A stretch of DNA of 20,000 bases from an uncultured virus (IMG/VR IMGVR_UViG_3300008255_000103) (taxonomy: Duplodnaviria > Heunggongvirae > Uroviricota > Caudoviricetes). Location: positions 118,880 to 138,879 of IMG/VR virus record IMGVR_UViG_3300008255_000103; one strand, written 5' to 3'. This document shows positions 17,488 to 20,000 of this stretch, piece by piece. The position numbers were made by a program, and so were the translations under genes. The notes beneath the pieces are model-generated. The model was not told where the DNA came from and ran no database searches. It saw only the letters and a program-made list of their open reading frames with translations. The number at the start of each line of letters is the position of its first letter. Position 1 is the first letter of the stretch.

Positions 17488-20000
17488 TTAGAACGACCCT
17501 TTGGAAGTCTTAGATAGTGCTGCTGACAATTGAGCAACTAAATTTTCATCGTTAGAACTTGCTGGGGCGAATTCTCCAGATCCAATCATTCCGACTTGTG
17601 GTATATGTCCAGCTTCCTTACGAAGTACTGGTGTATGCTTTGCAACAACTCTCTTAAGAGAATCAAAGCTATCATCATTAAACTTCATAATTTCATCAAC
17701 CTGAAAAGAAACGGCTTGTCTATCATTATGACACAAACCACGATCTACCATGTCATAAGCAAGTTCATAAGCTCTTGCCATTTTCACACGATACTTGTTA
17801 AGTTCTGCTTCCATTTCTGCCTTAACATGTTCCTTTACAAGTTCGCTTGCGAATTCAGATCCACCGTCAACCTGTCCCCAGTATTTCTTATAATAAGAAA
17901 CTGCGTCCTTGTCTAAACCTTCTACAATTAATGCGTCTAGGTCTGCCGGATCTAATTTACCTTCGCTAACTAATCTATGAATAGCTTCTGCTTCTTTACG
18001 AACCTTTGGAGGTGCATTAGCAAGATCTAACATTGCTTTTTGAGTTTCCTCTAATCCTTCAATAGTTCCTAAATTACCAGATGGTTTTACATCAAGTTGA
18101 GTTGTAGCATTTCCCTTTGGATGTGCTTCATGTAGATGAGGGCTGGTCTTCATTGCTTCTGCAGCTAACTTAGCGCGCATTGCAGATCTACCTTCTAATG
18201 AATTAAAGCTGGCTAATTCTACTTCTGCATTAGGATCTTTTTGAACGATTTCAGCAGCCATTTCTGGATCATCTGTCTTAACTGCATCATTATCGTCAAC
18301 TTCACCAGTATCACCTAAGCCAAGAATATCCATTAGATCTGTGGTATCTTCGCCTTCGCCTTCGTCACCACCCAATAATTCTTCTATACTAGCATCTGAT
18401 CCTTCTTCTTCTAAAGAAAGATCATCTCCAGAATCAACATCTTCAATCATGTCACTAACTTCATCTAAAGCATTATCTGTATCAGTGATTAGAGCAGATA
18501 AATCATCTACAGAATCTAGATCTATATCTGTTACACCCATAGTATTATCTCCTTCAGCGGCTAATGATTCAAGTTCTGCCTCGATTTCAGCGCGCTTTAC
18601 TATAGCTTCTGTACCACGAGCGTATTTAACAAAAGCTGTCATTAATTTAAATCCATCAGCAACAGCTGTCTTGGCTTCAGTTAACGCGTCTTCTATGATA
18701 GAGCCAACAAATTCCTTATTAGAGGCAGTGACCGCGCCCTTATCATACATACCTGCAATCATCATTAATTCTTGTTGATGATCTTGAAGTTCTGCAACTG
18801 ATTCTTTCATTGCATTTGTTAATGCACCATTAAGTTCTTTTCTTAATGTATTAAGAGTTCTTGTTTCAGATGCGGCGGCACCCATTTCTGGGGCTCCCAT
18901 TTCTGAAGCAGCTTCGCCACCCATTTCATTTTGTTCTCCGGTTAATGCTCTAACAGCTTCAACTAAATCGGAGCTAAGATCTCTAACTTTTTCAGCTAAT
19001 TCTAATGCAGTTTCTTTTGGATCGCCAGATTTGCCGGTGTCTTCAGCTTCACCTTCTGGGGCTGCATCCATTGGTTCTGCAGGGGGTGCAGGAGGTGCAG
19101 GTGGTGCTACTTGTGCTCCCTTTACAAGAGCGCGAACTTTATCGGCACCAAAAGATTTAACATTTTCAATAAGTTTGGCTCCAAATGCTTTAGTTGCAAT
19201 ATTGTTGTATAATGTATCAGTTCTATTTCCAGATAATTCATCAACAGATGCTGTCAATAGCAATTTGTCTCCCAAGAATACTTCCCAACCACTCTTGCCA
19301 TAGTTTTGTGTTCCGTCAGCATTAGATGCTTTTTGAAAACGTGCTCTTAGAGATGCTCTCTGGATCATTTCCTTACGCTTCTCTTCATCATTTACTTTGA
19401 CAGATGCTGGACTTGGATGCATTCCATCAACTGGTCCTACGCCTGGGAATGGTTTTTGACCATTCATATGTTTATCACCGCTACCACGAAGTTGCTCATT
19501 CATCTTATCTGGTGCATATTTTGTTTTACCTGGAGTTGGCTCTTGTGGATTCTTATCACCCTGTTGGAAGTATGCTTCTTTCTTTTGTTCCAATGCTTGT
19601 TTAGCTAAGTTTACAACCGCATTACGACGCATTGCGCGTTCCTCGGCATCAGCGCGAGCAAGCATCTTCTTGCGCTCTAAATCTCCGGGGTATAATTGTT
19701 CTGGACTGCCCATATTATCGACATCCATTTGCTTATCTCCATCAGTTCTCAACTTTTCATTCATTGGGTCTTTTGGATACTTTGGCTTACCTGGGCTTGG
19801 CTCGTTTTCATTGCCAGCACCTTGAAAATAACCTTGTTTATTAATATTTGATCCAGACATATTTTCCTCTTGTGTACTTGTGGAAGTGTTTGCTAACTTA
19901 TCTAAGCTTGTTTTCATTTGATTTAACTTAGTCTCTATAGACGCCGTAACTACTCTAAGCTCAGAAACTAGGTCTGCTTCCACATTAGTAGAAGCATATC
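17488..20000 (-). CDS. Large capsid scaffold-like protein, possibly the C-terminal part of a protease-scaffold gene (N-terminus beyond the right edge)
   Basis: The frame stays open upstream of GTG 19983 to the edge (..YASTNVEAD). Coiled-coil, acidic and Pro-rich segments, many K-x-A sites, an AHP box and a short C-terminal helix (LVAQLSAALSK). Lies upstream of the decoration and MCP genes. Confidence 0.65.
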   Translation of the reverse strand, partial: YASTNVEADLVSELRVVTASIETKLNQMKTSLDKLANTSTSTQEENMSGSNINKQGYFQGAGNENEPSPGKPKYPKDPMNEKLRTDGDKQMDVDNMGSPEQLYPGDLERKKMLARADAEERAMRRNAVVNLAKQALEQKKEAYFQQGDKNPQEPTPGKTKYAPDKMNEQLRGSGDKHMNGQKPFPGVGPVDGMHPSPASVKVNDEEKRKEMIQRASLRARFQKASNADGTQNYGKSGWEVFLGDKLLLTASVDELSGNRTDTLYNNIATKAFGAKLIENVKSFGADKVRALVKGAQVAPPAPPAPPAEPMDAAPEGEAEDTGKSGDPKETALELAEKVRDLSSDLVEAVRALTGEQNEMGGEAASEMGAPEMGAAASETRTLNTLRKELNGALTNAMKESVAELQDHQQELMMIAGMYDKGAVTASNKEFVGSIIEDALTEAKTAVADGFKLMTAFVKYARGTEAIVKRAEIEAELESLAAEGDNTMGVTDIDLDSVDDLSALITDTDNALDEVSDMIEDVDSGDDLSLEEEGSDASIEELLGGDEGEGEDTTDLMDILGLGDTGEVDDNDAVKTDDPEMAAEIVQKDPNAEVELASFNSLEGRSAMRAKLAAEAMKTSPHLHEAHPKGNATTQLDVKPSGNLGTIEGLEETQKAMLDLANAPPKVRKEAEAIHRLVSEGKLDPADLDALIVEGLDKDAVSYYKKYWGQVDGGSEFASELVKEHVKAEMEAELNKYRVKMARAYELAYDMVDRGLCHNDRQAVSFQVDEIMKFNDDSFDSLKRVVAKHTPVLRKEAGHIPQVGMIGSGEFAPASSNDENLVAQLSAALSKTSKGSF

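Noticed and set aside
16772..19844. Short alternative-frame and antisense ORFs (16772-16993, 16936-17154, 17242-17517, 17596-17916, 18341-18778, 19031-19303, 19404-19844)
   Set aside because: All overlap longer SD-bearing genes and mirror their low-complexity sequence.

Overview
AT-rich 20 kb segment that reads as the head (capsid) morphogenesis module of a large, probably jumbo, tailed prokaryotic virus. It uses the standard code, Shine-Dalgarno sites and intrinsic terminators. Almost all genes are on the minus strand. In transcription order they are: a very long scaffold-like gene open to the right edge, a histone-H1-like acidic/basic protein, a small helical protein, a TPR + DUF5661-like protein, head-decoration paralog A, a GIY-YIG endonuclease, five large unknown proteins (probable internal head/ejection proteins), head-decoration paralog B, an antisense tandem-duplicated HNH endonuclease, an HK97-type major capsid protein, a collagen/BclA-like fibre, an antisense CCA-adding enzyme and two unknown genes. 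The most interesting pattern is that the proteins between scaffold and capsid are built from a shared toolkit of short motifs also found in the scaffold: an 'AHP(K)G...KMP' box, a 'L..A...(F/L)D..G(L/M)' helix and recurrent K-x-A sites. This suggests an undescribed cargo-loading and protease-maturation system. Other points are two SD-equipped in-frame internal starts in the scaffold gene, an oriented intergenic GCATA motif, a three-hairpin capsid leader and a probably leaderless CCA transcript. All family calls are from motif recognition by eye; no searches were run.
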